Both the position numbers and the translations under genes were made by a program. This document shows, piece by piece, positions 48,180 through 59,483 of a stretch of DNA of 64,000 nucleotides; positions within the stretch are counted from its first letter, which is position 1, and the number at the start of each line of letters is the position of its first letter. The notes under the pieces were generated by a model. The model worked only from the letters and a program-made list of their open reading frames with translations. It was not told the origin of the DNA and made no database searches. Source of the stretch: Candidatus Omnitrophota bacterium (GTDB lineage Bacteria > Omnitrophota > Gorgyraeia > Zapsychrales > Fredricksoniimonadaceae); NCBI GenBank assembly GCA_903908245.1, contig CAIVRE010000029.1, positions 14,266 through 78,265 of the forward strand, written 5' to 3'.

Positions 48180-49058
48180 TTAAATTAATTTGTATTGTTT
48201 TAAAACCGCTTTAAGGATTGCCAAATTCCCGGGTTCCATTGAGCACATGGGCAAACGGAGACTCGGGGAACAAAGCCCCATCAGCCCGCAGGAAGTCTTA
48301 ACAGGAATAGGGTTGGTTTCAATGAACATCGCCTTGATCAAAGGCAAAAGTTTTTCCTGCTTTATTTCAGCCTCTTTCACCTTGCCATTGAGCATTAAGT
48401 TCACAACCTCGGCAACTTCTTTAGGGATAATATTCGCGACGACCGAAATAACGCCGGTACCGCCCAGCTTCATCATGGGAATGGTCAAGGCGTCATCCCC
48501 GGACAAGATCGCGAACTTCTTGCCGCAAGCCTCCCTGACAGCCTTGGCCTGCTCAACATTCCCCGATGCCTCCTTGACACCGACTATATTTTTACAGGTC
48601 CTGGCCAATTGTTTAACTGTCGCCGTTTCGATATTGCGTGCGCAGCGGCCCTCGATGTTATAAAGGATGATCGGGATCTTCACGCTGTCCGCTACTGCCT
48701 TGAAATGCAGATAAAGCCCTTTTTGAGTCGGCTTGTTGTAATAAGGAGTGACCACCAGCGCCGCATCAGCGCCGGCATCTTCTGCGTGTTTCGTCAGACG
48801 GACCGCTTCAACGGTCGAGTTGGAACCTGTTCCGGCGATGACCGGGATACGCCCGTTCACCGTATCGACCACGATCTCGATGACACGGTCATGCTCTTCA
48901 TGGGAAAGGGTCGGTGATTCTCCAGTGGTCCCGCAAGGGACAATACCTTGAGTGCCATTCTTTATCTGAAATTCAACCAGCTCCGCCAGCTTGCGTTCAT
49001 CCACGCCGTGCTCCGTAAAAGGCGTTACCAAAGCAACGATCGACCCTTTAAATCCCAT
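48180..49058 (-). CDS. dapA: 4-hydroxy-tetrahydrodipicolinate synthase
   Basis: 'ALVTPF', 'CGTTGES', 'GTGSNST', 'TPYYNKP', 'GVKEASG', 'ETNPIPVK'. Confidence 0.97.
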   Translation of the reverse strand: MGFKGSIVALVTPFTEHGVDERKLAELVEFQIKNGTQGIVPCGTTGESPTLSHEEHDRVIEIVVDTVNGRIPVIAGTGSNSTVEAVRLTKHAEDAGADAALVVTPYYNKPTQKGLYLHFKAVADSVKIPIILYNIEGRCARNIETATVKQLARTCKNIVGVKEASGNVEQAKAVREACGKKFAILSGDDALTIPMMKLGGTGVISVVANIIPKEVAEVVNLMLNGKVKEAEIKQEKLLPLIKAMFIETNPIPVKTSCGLMGLCSPSLRLPMCSMEPGNLAILKAVLKQYKLI

Positions 49059-49884
49059 AATATTCCCCTTTGCATATGAACTTCCCGCCGCCCCTAAGCC
49101 AGACATTCGTTATGACCGGCTTGTCGTTCTTCACATCCAGATCAAAAGAAACATCCAGCATTTCCCCGCTCTTGGTCACCACTTTGATCGCCGCGGCTTT
49201 CAAGGGTACCAGCTGTTTTTGTGCCTGCAAATATCCGATCAACGCGGCGGCCACGCTACCCGTCCCACACGCCAATGTTTCCGCCTCAACCCCTCGCTCA
49301 TAAGTCCTGACCGCCACAATACCATCCCGCACCCGCTCCACGAAATTCACATTAGTGCCCTTGGGCGAAAAAACCTGATGATTGCGGATAAGGCGGCCCA
49401 GTCCGTTCACATCGAATTCCTGAAGGCCTTCCACAAAGATGATCGTATGCGGCACTCCCGTATTGATAAAATGGCCGTGCAACTTCTGCTCACCGATCCG
49501 GATATCAACATTCGCCCGGTAATCCTTTGGGTTACTCAATTGCACCGATGCCACTTCACCCTGGACCGACGCATGAATGGTGCCTGCCAATGTTTCCATA
49601 GTGAAAACTTCAGGGACAACAGCGAATTTATTCTTAATATACACCGCCATGCAGCGCGCGCCGTTACCACACATCTCTGCCTCGGAACCATCCGCATTGA
49701 TGATCGACATCTTATAATCGCGATCCTTTGACTCACCGAGGACCAGCACCCCGTCAGCGCCGATTCCCATATGCCGGTCGCAGGCTTTCTTGGTGAACTC
49801 GCAATAATCAAGGCCAGGGACATGGTCGATAACCACAAAATCATTGCCCGCGCCCTGCATCTTGGTAAACGCTATTTTCTTCAT
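49048..49884 (-). CDS. dapF: Diaminopimelate epimerase
   Basis: 'KMQGAGNDF', 'NADGSEAEMCGNG', 'TYERGVEAETLACGTG'. Confidence 0.97.
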   Translation of the reverse strand: MKKIAFTKMQGAGNDFVVIDHVPGLDYCEFTKKACDRHMGIGADGVLVLGESKDRDYKMSIINADGSEAEMCGNGARCMAVYIKNKFAVVPEVFTMETLAGTIHASVQGEVASVQLSNPKDYRANVDIRIGEQKLHGHFINTGVPHTIIFVEGLQEFDVNGLGRLIRNHQVFSPKGTNVNFVERVRDGIVAVRTYERGVEAETLACGTGSVAAALIGYLQAQKQLVPLKAAAIKVVTKSGEMLDVSFDLDVKNDKPVITNVWLRGGGKFICKGEYYGI

Positions 49885-51152
49885 TTTAAGAACTCCGGGA
49901 TGCTGGCACCCTTGATCAAGTCTTTAAAGTCCTCACGCTCCTGGACCACTGCCCACTTATTGCCTTTGACCATTACTTCAGCCGAACGGGGACGGACATT
50001 ATAATTGCTGGACATCACATACCCGTAAGCACCGGCCGAAAGAAGGGCCAGCAATTCACCGTCTTTTACATTGGCGACCTCTCTGTCATGGGCAAAAACA
50101 TCTCCGCTCTCACAAATGGGGCCTACCACATCACAAACAACATTTCTCCCTCCCGCCTTCTTGACAGGTATGATCTCATGGTAAGATCCGTACATTGATG
50201 GCCGGACAAGATCGTTCATTCCGGCATCAACAATAATAAATTTCTTCACGCCGTTATCTTTAAGATACAGCTTGCGTGTTATGAAGATCCCCGCGTTGCC
50301 AACAATGAAACGGCCTGGCTCCATCAAAACCTTGAATTTACGGCCCTTAAGCAACGGCAGCACTTTATCCGCGTACTCCTTGGCCGTCTGAGGCGTCTCG
50401 TTCTGGTAAATGATGCCCAGTCCACCGCCGATATCAAAATAGTCCACCTTGACCCCATCCATTTCCAGCTCGTCAATAAAAGCCAGGGCCTTCTCGATCG
50501 CCGCCAGGAACGGTTCAGCGTGCGTGATCTGCGAACCGATATGGATATGAACACCATTGATCAATAAGTTCTTATACGCCTTCTGTCCAATAAAGATCGC
50601 GCGGGCCGTCTTCAGATCGATCCCGAACTTCTTTTTCAGGCTTCCGGTATTGATCTTCTCATGCGTCGGAGAGTCAATGTCCGGATTGATCCGCAGCGCG
50701 ACCTGGACCCTTTTCTTCATCTTACGGGCAATGCGGTCGATATTCTCCAGTTCAGGCTTTGACTCAACATTAAAGAACAGGATGCCGGCCTTGACCGCGT
50801 CGACGATCTCCTCATCAGTCTTCCCCACAGAGGCAAAAGCGATCTTCTTCATGTCCGCTTTGACCAGCCTGGCCTTCTTCAACTCACCGCCGGAAACAAT
50901 ATCGAACCCCGCACCTTCATTCACCAGCGCTTTAAGGACGGCAAGATTGCTGTTCGCCTTCATCGCAAAACAAATGACCGGATCAATGGGCTTAAACGCC
51001 TCTTTGATCTTCCGGAAATGCTCAACGATCGTTTTATAACTATAAATATAAACCGGTGTCCCGATCTTTTTCACGATCGCGCTAACCTTCACGCCTTCGC
51101 AATAAAGCTCGCCATTCTTATATTGAAAATCATGGATCGGATGCGGATGCAT
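49881..51152 (-). CDS. lysA: Diaminopimelate decarboxylase
   Basis: 'FAMKANS', 'DIVSGGEL', 'HIGSQI', 'DIGGG', 'EPGR', 'GPICESGD'. Confidence 0.96.
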   Translation of the reverse strand: MHPHPIHDFQYKNGELYCEGVKVSAIVKKIGTPVYIYSYKTIVEHFRKIKEAFKPIDPVICFAMKANSNLAVLKALVNEGAGFDIVSGGELKKARLVKADMKKIAFASVGKTDEEIVDAVKAGILFFNVESKPELENIDRIARKMKKRVQVALRINPDIDSPTHEKINTGSLKKKFGIDLKTARAIFIGQKAYKNLLINGVHIHIGSQITHAEPFLAAIEKALAFIDELEMDGVKVDYFDIGGGLGIIYQNETPQTAKEYADKVLPLLKGRKFKVLMEPGRFIVGNAGIFITRKLYLKDNGVKKFIIVDAGMNDLVRPSMYGSYHEIIPVKKAGGRNVVCDVVGPICESGDVFAHDREVANVKDGELLALLSAGAYGYVMSSNYNVRPRSAEVMVKGNKWAVVQEREDFKDLIKGASIPEFLK

Positions 51153-52528
51153 TATTTCAGTCTTTTCTTCCAGGCGTTGATCTGGGCGCGCACAAGGACA
51201 GGGTTCGTGGAGCCAAACGACTTCTTGCTCTTGATCGAAACTTCAGGGGTCAGAAGATATTTCACATCCACTTCAAGTAACGACGAATACCTCTTGAGCT
51301 GTTCTACCGGAAGATCCGCGATCTTCTTGCCGCGGTCGATGCACTCTTTGACCATTACACCAACGGTATCATGGGCATCGCGGTAAGTCATTCCCTTGCG
51401 CACCAGATAATCCAGGATATCTACTGTAAAGAAATACTCGGACTGCACGCGCGCCGCCACAACGTCCTTCTTAACAGTAATACCACCAAAGAGCTCGGCC
51501 ATCATGGCAAGCATGTCTTCAATGGTCTCAACACAATCGAAGAGCGCCGGCTTGTCCATCTGCATATCACGGTTATACGTGAGCGGCAGGCCCTTCATTA
51601 ATACCAAGAGCTCCATCAAACGGCCCGGAAACCTCGACGATGTTCCACGAACAAGCTCAAGGACATCAGGGTTCTTTTTATGCGGCATGATCGAAGATCC
51701 GGTACAAAAAGCGTCATCGATCGCAATAAAATTGAATTCACTGGTAACCCAAATGATCAGGTCTTCACAAATACGCGACAAATGCATCCCCGTGATCGCG
51801 ATCGCGGCAACGATCTCAATAAGAAAATCCCGGTCAGAAACCGCATCCATGCTGTTCGCTGCCGTCTTGGCAAAGCCAAGTTTTTTGGTCACGATCTCCC
51901 TGTCCGTCAAAAGCGTCGTCCCGGCCAACGCGCAGGCACCTAGTGTATTCACGCTGGTGCGCCTGGCAGCATCCTCAAAACGGCCCTTGTCACGTTCAAG
52001 CATCTCAACATACGCCAGCATCTGGTGCGCCAAAAGCACGACCTGTGCTGACTGCAAATGCGTATACGCCGGGATAATGATATCGTCATTCTTGTCCGCA
52101 AATTTAACGATCGATATCTGCAGGACATCGAGCAGCGCCTGGATATTCTCCAGGTGATTGAGGCAATACAAACGGACATCCGTCACAACCTGATCATTAC
52201 GTGACCGTGCAGTATGAAGGCAGTCTGCGGGCTTGCCGATCGACTTCTTCAATTTGATCTGAATATCCGTATGAATATCTTCAGACGACGGGTCATATTT
52301 AAAAGTGCCCGCTTCGATCTCATCGACAAGCTTGTTCAACCCCTTAACGATCGCGGATGCGTCCTTCTTGTGGATAATACCCCGCTCCCCCAACATTTCC
52401 GCATGAGCGATCCCCGCGATACAATCGTAAAGCGCAAGCTTAGAATCATATGAAATACTGTAGGTGAACTTTTCCGACAGTTTGCTCAAAGTTCCGGTAA
52501 ACCGCGAACCCCAGAGTTTGGTCGACAT
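51152..52528 (-). CDS. argH: Argininosuccinate lyase
   Basis: 'KLWGSRF', 'HTARSRNDQ', 'YTHLQ', 'GSSIMPHKKNPD'. Confidence 0.97.
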   Translation of the reverse strand: MSTKLWGSRFTGTLSKLSEKFTYSISYDSKLALYDCIAGIAHAEMLGERGIIHKKDASAIVKGLNKLVDEIEAGTFKYDPSSEDIHTDIQIKLKKSIGKPADCLHTARSRNDQVVTDVRLYCLNHLENIQALLDVLQISIVKFADKNDDIIIPAYTHLQSAQVVLLAHQMLAYVEMLERDKGRFEDAARRTSVNTLGACALAGTTLLTDREIVTKKLGFAKTAANSMDAVSDRDFLIEIVAAIAITGMHLSRICEDLIIWVTSEFNFIAIDDAFCTGSSIMPHKKNPDVLELVRGTSSRFPGRLMELLVLMKGLPLTYNRDMQMDKPALFDCVETIEDMLAMMAELFGGITVKKDVVAARVQSEYFFTVDILDYLVRKGMTYRDAHDTVGVMVKECIDRGKKIADLPVEQLKRYSSLLEVDVKYLLTPEVSIKSKKSFGSTNPVLVRAQINAWKKRLK

Positions 52529-52555
52529 AAATTCCCCTTTCAAAGGAGCCAGCTC

Positions 52556-53731
52556 TTATTGATGACGCTGGAAAGGCACTGTCCACAACTTAATAAAACC
52601 GTCGGCGAGAGACTGATCGAACTTGTCCCCCTTGCCGTAGGTAGCCATCTTCTCGCTATAACGGGAATGCGGCGATTTGCGCCCGACAACCATTGCATGC
52701 CCCTTAAAAAGCTTGATCCGTACAACACCGGTAGTATTCTCATGATACTTGTTAAAGAATGCATCCATCTGGGCTTTAAGCGGCGTCATCCAGAGGCCGT
52801 TATAAGTCAGTTCAGCGTATTTCTGGGACAAGGCCTCCTTGAACCGCAGGCTGTCCCGGTCAAGGACCAGGCTCTCGATCTCGCGGATACCAAGGTGAAG
52901 GACCGTTCCGGCCGGATTCTCATAAAGCTCACGCGACTTGATGCCCACCAGGCGGTTCTCGATCATGTCCACGCGCCCGACACCATGGCTTCCCGCAATC
53001 GCATTCAATTTCAATACCAGCTGCAGCGGCTTCATCCTGACGCCATCAACAGAAACAGGAACGCCCTTTTCAAACCCGATCTCAAGATACCCGGGCTTGG
53101 CCGGAGCCTTTTCAGGTGCCGTGGTCATATAGAAAATATCTTCCGGCGGCTCAGCCATAGGATCCTCAAGCACTCCGCTTTCCATCGCACGCCCATAAAC
53201 ATTCGTATCAATGCTGTACGGCTTCTTTTTAGATGCTGAGACAGGGACCCCTTTGGACTTGGCATAATCGATCTCTTCATCGCGGGACTTGAATTCCCAT
53301 ACCCGGACCGGCGCCAGCACTTCCATATCCGGCTCCATGAGGCGATAAGTCACCTCAAAACGGACCTGGTCATTACCCTTACCGGTACAACCGTGCACAA
53401 GGCCATTGGCTTTTTCTTTACGCGCGATCAGGACCTGATGGTATGCGATCAATGGGCGCGACAGGGCGCAGGCGAGATTATATTTACCCTCGTACAACGC
53501 ACCGGCTTTCAACGCCAGGAAAGCGTAATCCTCGATAAGCTCTTTCTGGAGGTCCAGGCAATAAACCTTGCAAGCTCCGGACTTGATGGCCTTGGCCTTG
53601 ACCTCATCAAAGTTATCCCCCTGCCCGACATCACCGATGACCGCGATGATCTCATAGCCGCGATCCTTAAGCCACGGAATGATACACGATGTGTCGAGTC
53701 CACCCGAATACGCCAGAACAACTTTCTTCAT
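52556..53731 (-). CDS. argG: Argininosuccinate synthase
   Basis: 'LAYSGGLDTS', 'HGCTGKGNDQVRFE', 'ENRLVGIKSRELYE'. Confidence 0.98.
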   Translation of the reverse strand: MKKVVLAYSGGLDTSCIIPWLKDRGYEIIAVIGDVGQGDNFDEVKAKAIKSGACKVYCLDLQKELIEDYAFLALKAGALYEGKYNLACALSRPLIAYHQVLIARKEKANGLVHGCTGKGNDQVRFEVTYRLMEPDMEVLAPVRVWEFKSRDEEIDYAKSKGVPVSASKKKPYSIDTNVYGRAMESGVLEDPMAEPPEDIFYMTTAPEKAPAKPGYLEIGFEKGVPVSVDGVRMKPLQLVLKLNAIAGSHGVGRVDMIENRLVGIKSRELYENPAGTVLHLGIREIESLVLDRDSLRFKEALSQKYAELTYNGLWMTPLKAQMDAFFNKYHENTTGVVRIKLFKGHAMVVGRKSPHSRYSEKMATYGKGDKFDQSLADGFIKLWTVPFQRHQ

Positions 53732-53746
53732 TGCCGATCCCCCGAA

Positions 53747-54676
<930 letters not shown>

Positions 54677-54709
54677 TTCACCCTTTTCGACCTTCCCTGT
54701 TCCTCGAAT

Positions 54710-55903
54710 TTAACCCTGATCTTGCGTCAGTTTCAGGATTGCTTTCTCCAGAATATTGAGCGCCTTGTCGATCTGTTTGCGGGTGATGTTAAGCGCAGGC
54801 ATGATCCGTAAAACTTTGGACTGCGTACAATTAATGATAAGCCCGTTATTAAAACATTCCTCAAAAATACCCCTGCCCTCGATCGTAAGTTCAACGCCGA
54901 CCATAAGCCCTAGCCCCCGTACTTCCCTGATAACCGGGGTCCTGGCCTTAAGCGCGTTAAGTTTATCCATAAGGTACGCACCGAGGACCCGCGCATTCTT
55001 GAGCATCTTATCTTTCGCTATGGCTTCAATAACACCCAAAGCGGCCTTGGTGACCAACGGACTTCCGCCGAAGGTTGTGCCGTGCATACCCGGCTGGAAC
55101 AGGTGCGCATGTTTGTCCGCCGCCAGCATCGCACCGATCGGCAAGCCGCCGCCAAGGCCTTTGGCCATGGTGATCATATCCGGTTCAATATCGTAATGCT
55201 GATACGCGAACATCCGGCCGGTCCTTCCAAACCCCGTTTGGACTTCATCAAGGATCAGCAAAAGGCCATTGGCATCGCATAATCCGCGCACCGCTTTCAT
55301 ATATTCCGGCTCTGCCACATTAATTCCACCCTCACCCTGGATCGGTTCGATCATCACCGCAACGGTCCGCTCGTTGATCGCCAGCTTAATGGCCCCGATA
55401 TCATTAAAAGGAACGGTCACAAACCCCCCCGGGAGAGGCGCAAAACCTTTCTGATGCTTTTCCTGCCCCGTCGCAGCAAGAGCCCCCATCGTCCGGCCGT
55501 GAAAAGAATTCATCGTTGTGATGATCTCGTAACGCTCGCCTTTCCCGAACAGGCGTGAGAACTTGATCGCCGCTTCATTGGCTTCCGCCCCGCTGTTACA
55601 AAAAAACACTTTGCCGGGGAATGCCGCGCGCACCAGCTCCCGCGCGAGCCGGGCCTGATTAATACCAAAAAAATTATTCGAAATATGGATCAGCTTGGAT
55701 ACCTGGTCGCGGACGGCCGCCATGACCTTGGGATGACAATGGCCGACGTTCGACACTCCCCAACCCGGAAAAAGATCAAGATACTTCTTCCCGTCGATAT
55801 CGGTGAGCACACTTCCCTTTCCCTTGACGAAAATAGCCGGAAGGCGGGAATATGTCGGGAAGATGAACTGGTCGTAACTTTCAAAAACTTCTTTTTTTGT
55901 CAT
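54710..55903 (-). CDS. argD: Acetylornithine aminotransferase
   Basis: 'NSGAEANEAAIK', 'SFHGRT', 'EPIQGEGG', 'DEVQTGFGRTG', 'AKGLGGG', 'HGTTFGG'. Confidence 0.94.
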   Translation of the reverse strand: MTKKEVFESYDQFIFPTYSRLPAIFVKGKGSVLTDIDGKKYLDLFPGWGVSNVGHCHPKVMAAVRDQVSKLIHISNNFFGINQARLARELVRAAFPGKVFFCNSGAEANEAAIKFSRLFGKGERYEIITTMNSFHGRTMGALAATGQEKHQKGFAPLPGGFVTVPFNDIGAIKLAINERTVAVMIEPIQGEGGINVAEPEYMKAVRGLCDANGLLLILDEVQTGFGRTGRMFAYQHYDIEPDMITMAKGLGGGLPIGAMLAADKHAHLFQPGMHGTTFGGSPLVTKAALGVIEAIAKDKMLKNARVLGAYLMDKLNALKARTPVIREVRGLGLMVGVELTIEGRGIFEECFNNGLIINCTQSKVLRIMPALNITRKQIDKALNILEKAILKLTQDQG

Positions 55904-55908
55904 AAAGA

Positions 55909-56763
55909 TCACCCGTGAACGATCTCGGTGCCGACGCCGGTATCAGTAAAGATCTCACGCAAAAGGGCGCGGTCCTGCCGCGCATCGACAATGTGCGCCT
56001 TGGGTATACCGCCCGCCAGGGCCTCGATACAAGCGTCGACCTTTGGGATCATTCCGCCTGAGATAATACCCTGCTTCTTAAGGTCATCCACTTCGGCGAC
56101 GGTCAATGTGGAATACAGCGACGACGGATCCTTTGCGTCCCGCATAACCCCTGGCACATCCGTCAGCAGGACGAACTTCTCCGCGCGCATCGATGAAGCA
56201 ATAGCGCTGGCCACCTCATCTGCGTTAACATTATGCGGCTGGTGATCAATACCGATCCCCAGCGGCGCCACCACCGTTATACGGCCCTGACGGACATGGC
56301 GCGCCAGGAGCTTGAATTCAATGTTCGTGATCGTCCCGACATACCCCAGGTCCAGGTCCGCGCGCTTCTTCTCGACGTGCACAATATTCTCATGACCGCT
56401 CAACCCGGTCACATCCCCCCCCAGCGCTTTGATCTCGGCGACAAGCTGCCCGTTGATCTCATCGAGTTCCTTGATGACCACCTGCAGGGTCTTTTCATCA
56501 GTAACGCGAATGCCGTTATGAAAATGCGGCTCGATCCCCATTTCTTTAAGGCGGTTGGAGATATTCGGGCCTCCGCCGTGGACAAGGATGATCCGGATCC
56601 CGACAAAACTCAGGAAGATAATATCTTCAAGGACACGCTTGCGGATAACATCATCGTGCAGGATGCTCCCGCCGTATTTGATGACAAAGACCTTGCGCCG
56701 GTACTGGTCGATGTAAGGGATCGCCTCAACAAGAACACTGGCTTTTCTAATTATATTTTCCAT
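55909..56763 (-). CDS. argB: Acetylglutamate kinase
   Basis: 'VIKYGG', 'VHGGGP', 'GIRVTD', 'NVNAD', 'GGMIPKV', 'EIFTDTGVGT'. Confidence 0.96.
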   Translation of the reverse strand: MENIIRKASVLVEAIPYIDQYRRKVFVIKYGGSILHDDVIRKRVLEDIIFLSFVGIRIILVHGGGPNISNRLKEMGIEPHFHNGIRVTDEKTLQVVIKELDEINGQLVAEIKALGGDVTGLSGHENIVHVEKKRADLDLGYVGTITNIEFKLLARHVRQGRITVVAPLGIGIDHQPHNVNADEVASAIASSMRAEKFVLLTDVPGVMRDAKDPSSLYSTLTVAEVDDLKKQGIISGGMIPKVDACIEALAGGIPKAHIVDARQDRALLREIFTDTGVGTEIVHG

Positions 56764-57883
56764 TGATATCAATATACTTTCGGGTTAAGTCGCAGGTATA
56801 AACCGTTGCTGATTCCGCTCCAAGGCCGATATCGGCATTAATAAAAATATGGTTCCTCTTGACCGAAAATGTGATCTTGATCGTTGTCTCTGTTGCTTTC
56901 GTCCCACATGCCCCGATAGCCGCCGCCACACGTCCCCAGTTCGGATTATCGGTATAATCTGCCGTCTTGACCAGATTGGAGTTGGCGACCTTCATCGCCA
57001 CTTCCTTGGCCTGCTTCTTTGACTGTGCCCCTGTGATCCTGATCTCAAAAAAACGTTCCGCGCCTTCGCCATCAGAGACAATATCTTTGGCCAGTTTGAC
57101 ACACACAGCGGTCAACGCTTCAACAAAAACCCTATACTGCTGTGTCTTGGCCGTGATCGTCCTGTTCCCGGAAAGGCCATTGGCCATAATAGAAAGCATG
57201 TCATTGGTGCTCATGCACCCGTCGACAGTGATCGAATTGAACGATACATCGACCGCCTCCCGCAACGCGTCCTTGAGCATGGCCGAAGAAACCGCGGCAT
57301 CTGTCGTCACACAGGCCAGCATAGTCGCCATATTGGGCTCGATCATACCGGACCCTTTTGCGCAGCCGCCGACAGTCACCAACTTTCCATCGATCTCGAT
57401 ACGCACCGCAACCTGTTTATCCTTCAGGTCTGTCGTCATGATGGCCTTGGCAAAACTCGCGCCCTTGGCATGGCCCAGCCCCCGGGCCAGCTTCGGCACA
57501 GCTTCCTTGAATTTCTCATAAGGGAACGGCCTTCCGATAATACCCGTCGACATGACCAGGACATCCGACGCCTTGATCCCAAGCTCTTCCGCCACCAGCT
57601 CGGTCATTTTCCGGGCATAGGTCAGGCCATACTCACCGGTAAAACAATTGGCATTCCCGCTGTTGGCAATAAGCGCCTGAACTCTCCCGTCCCGGATATT
57701 GTCCTGGCAGACGATGATCGGAGCAGCCTTGACCGAATTACGGGTAAATACCGCCGCCGCGCTGCAGATCTCCTGGGAATAAATAAGCCCGAGGTCAGGT
57801 TTGCCGGACTTCTTGACACCAGCCCAGAAACCATTCGCCTTAAAACCCTTTGGAGACGTGACCCCCCCCTTGATCAATTTCAT
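56747..57883 (-). CDS. argJ: Glutamate N-acetyltransferase / ornithine acetyltransferase
   Basis: 'NSGNANCFTG', 'STGIIG', 'KGSGMIEPNMATML', 'STND', 'DGEGA', 'PNWGR'. Confidence 0.95.
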   Translation of the reverse strand: MKLIKGGVTSPKGFKANGFWAGVKKSGKPDLGLIYSQEICSAAAVFTRNSVKAAPIIVCQDNIRDGRVQALIANSGNANCFTGEYGLTYARKMTELVAEELGIKASDVLVMSTGIIGRPFPYEKFKEAVPKLARGLGHAKGASFAKAIMTTDLKDKQVAVRIEIDGKLVTVGGCAKGSGMIEPNMATMLACVTTDAAVSSAMLKDALREAVDVSFNSITVDGCMSTNDMLSIMANGLSGNRTITAKTQQYRVFVEALTAVCVKLAKDIVSDGEGAERFFEIRITGAQSKKQAKEVAMKVANSNLVKTADYTDNPNWGRVAAAIGACGTKATETTIKITFSVKRNHIFINADIGLGAESATVYTCDLTRKYIDINGKYN

Positions 57884-58899
57884 AGCAATCCTTCCCTCTC
57901 GTCAAAACCGTACATGATATTCATATTTTGCACTGCCTGTCCTGCGGCCCCTTTAACAAGATTATCAATGACAGACGTGATGACCACCAATTTACGGTCT
58001 TCGCTCAAAACCAGTGCGATATCACAAAAATTGGTGTTCACCACATTCTTGATCTCTACCTGAACACCTTTAGGCATCACCCGGACGAACGGCTCGGTCT
58101 TGTAGAATTTCCGGTAAAGATCATCAAGCTTTGCGTCCGAGATCTTATCCTTTAATGTGACATAGATGGTTTCAAGTATCCCGTTGTTGATCGGCAGCAA
58201 ATGCGGCACAAAGACCGCCGGTATGTCCCTGCCCGCGATCTTACCCAGATACTGGCAGATCTCCGGCGTATGCTGATGGTTGAGCACCCTGTAGGCCTTG
58301 AAATTCTCATTCACAAAACAGAACATGAACCCTTCCGCGACCTTACGGCCGGCCCCGGAGACGCCGGATTTTGCATCAATAATAACAGAAGTCACGCTAC
58401 TGCCATGAACAGAAGCCAGCGGAGCCATGCCAAGCAGCGCCGCTGTCGGATAGCAGCCGGGATTCGCGATAAGTTTGGCCTTGCGGATCCTGGCCCGGAA
58501 GACCTCGGGCAGACCGTAAACAGCCCTGGACAAATTCCCGCGGTCCGTATGATCGGCGTTATACCACTTCTTATATAAAGCGGTTTTCTTCAACCGGTAA
58601 TCCGCACTCAGGTCAATGACCTTTTTTCCCGCCTTAAGTAACGGGCCAACAACCTTCATGGACTCCATATGAGGCAGGGCAAGGAAAATAACATCGCAAT
58701 GAGCGACCGCTTGCGCAGCGTCGTACTTGGCACACACCAGCTCCGTGCGTCCGCGGAACGCCGGCCAGATATCGTCCACTCTTCCCGTCGTGGAATTCGC
58801 CGCGACATACGTGACCCGGACATCCTTATGATTAAGAAGGAGATCCAAAAGGACTTTTCCACCGAAACCACTGATGCCAACAATACCGGCTCTGATCAT
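57880..58899 (-). CDS. argC: N-acetyl-gamma-glutamyl-phosphate reductase
   Basis: 'FLALPH', 'IDLSADYRL', 'IANPGCYPT', 'SGVSGAGR', 'DNLVKGAAGQAVQNMN'. Confidence 0.97.
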   Translation of the reverse strand: MIRAGIVGISGFGGKVLLDLLLNHKDVRVTYVAANSTTGRVDDIWPAFRGRTELVCAKYDAAQAVAHCDVIFLALPHMESMKVVGPLLKAGKKVIDLSADYRLKKTALYKKWYNADHTDRGNLSRAVYGLPEVFRARIRKAKLIANPGCYPTAALLGMAPLASVHGSSVTSVIIDAKSGVSGAGRKVAEGFMFCFVNENFKAYRVLNHQHTPEICQYLGKIAGRDIPAVFVPHLLPINNGILETIYVTLKDKISDAKLDDLYRKFYKTEPFVRVMPKGVQVEIKNVVNTNFCDIALVLSEDRKLVVITSVIDNLVKGAAGQAVQNMNIMYGFDEREGLL

Positions 58900-58964
58900 A
58901 TGACCCCTGAAATGTTTAACCCGTCGAAGAAAAACACCATTTATATATAAAATATAATTATATG

Positions 58965-58993
58965 AATATAAACAAGAAAGCCTGCCCCGTCAA
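58965..58993 (-). promoter_or_regulatory. Putative sigma70 promoter of the arg/dap operon
   Basis: Minus strand TTGACG-17 nt-TATATT, followed by a very AT-rich tract. Confidence 0.55.
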
Positions 58994-59018
58994 TAAAACT
59001 TTTATTGAAAGGCAGGCT
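58971..59018 (-). terminator. Intrinsic terminator of rplM-rpsI
   Basis: AGCCTGCC/GGCAGGCT outer stem enclosing TCAATAAAA-C-TTTTATTGA, followed on the minus strand by TTCTTGTTT. Confidence 0.65.
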
Positions 59019-59056
59019 CCTTGATGAAAACGAACCGCTATATTTCCGTCTAAAAA

Positions 59057-59452
59057 TTAACGCTTAACCCACTGGAATTTGCGGCGAGCCCCCTTTTGTC
59101 CGGGCTTCTTTCGCTCTTTCATGCGGGAGTCGCGGGTGAGACAGGCATTCTTGCGCAAAACAGGCTTGTTGTTCTGATCGAACAGGACCAAAGAACGGGA
59201 CAAAGCCATTTTGATCGCGCCGGCCTGGCCGGTAAGTCCGCCGCCATTGACGATAACATCAATATCGAATTTGTTAAGCAAGTTCACGAACTTGAGCGGA
59301 GAAAGGACAAGGATGCGATCCGTTTCGCGAGGAAAATAATCCTCAAAACCCCGTCCGTTAATGATCATCTTGCCATTACCAGGCGTGATGGTTGCCCTGG
59401 CGATCGATGTTTTTCTGCGTCCTGTCGCGAGATACTTGACTACTTCAACCAT
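59057..59452 (-). CDS. rpsI: 30S ribosomal protein S9
   Basis: 'TGRRKTSIAR', 'GGGLTGQAGA', 'RMKERKKPG...ARRKFQWVKR'. Confidence 0.98.
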   Translation of the reverse strand: MVEVVKYLATGRRKTSIARATITPGNGKMIINGRGFEDYFPRETDRILVLSPLKFVNLLNKFDIDVIVNGGGLTGQAGAIKMALSRSLVLFDQNNKPVLRKNACLTRDSRMKERKKPGQKGARRKFQWVKR

Positions 59453-59483
59453 TGTATTATCCTTTTAAATAATTCTTTATAAA

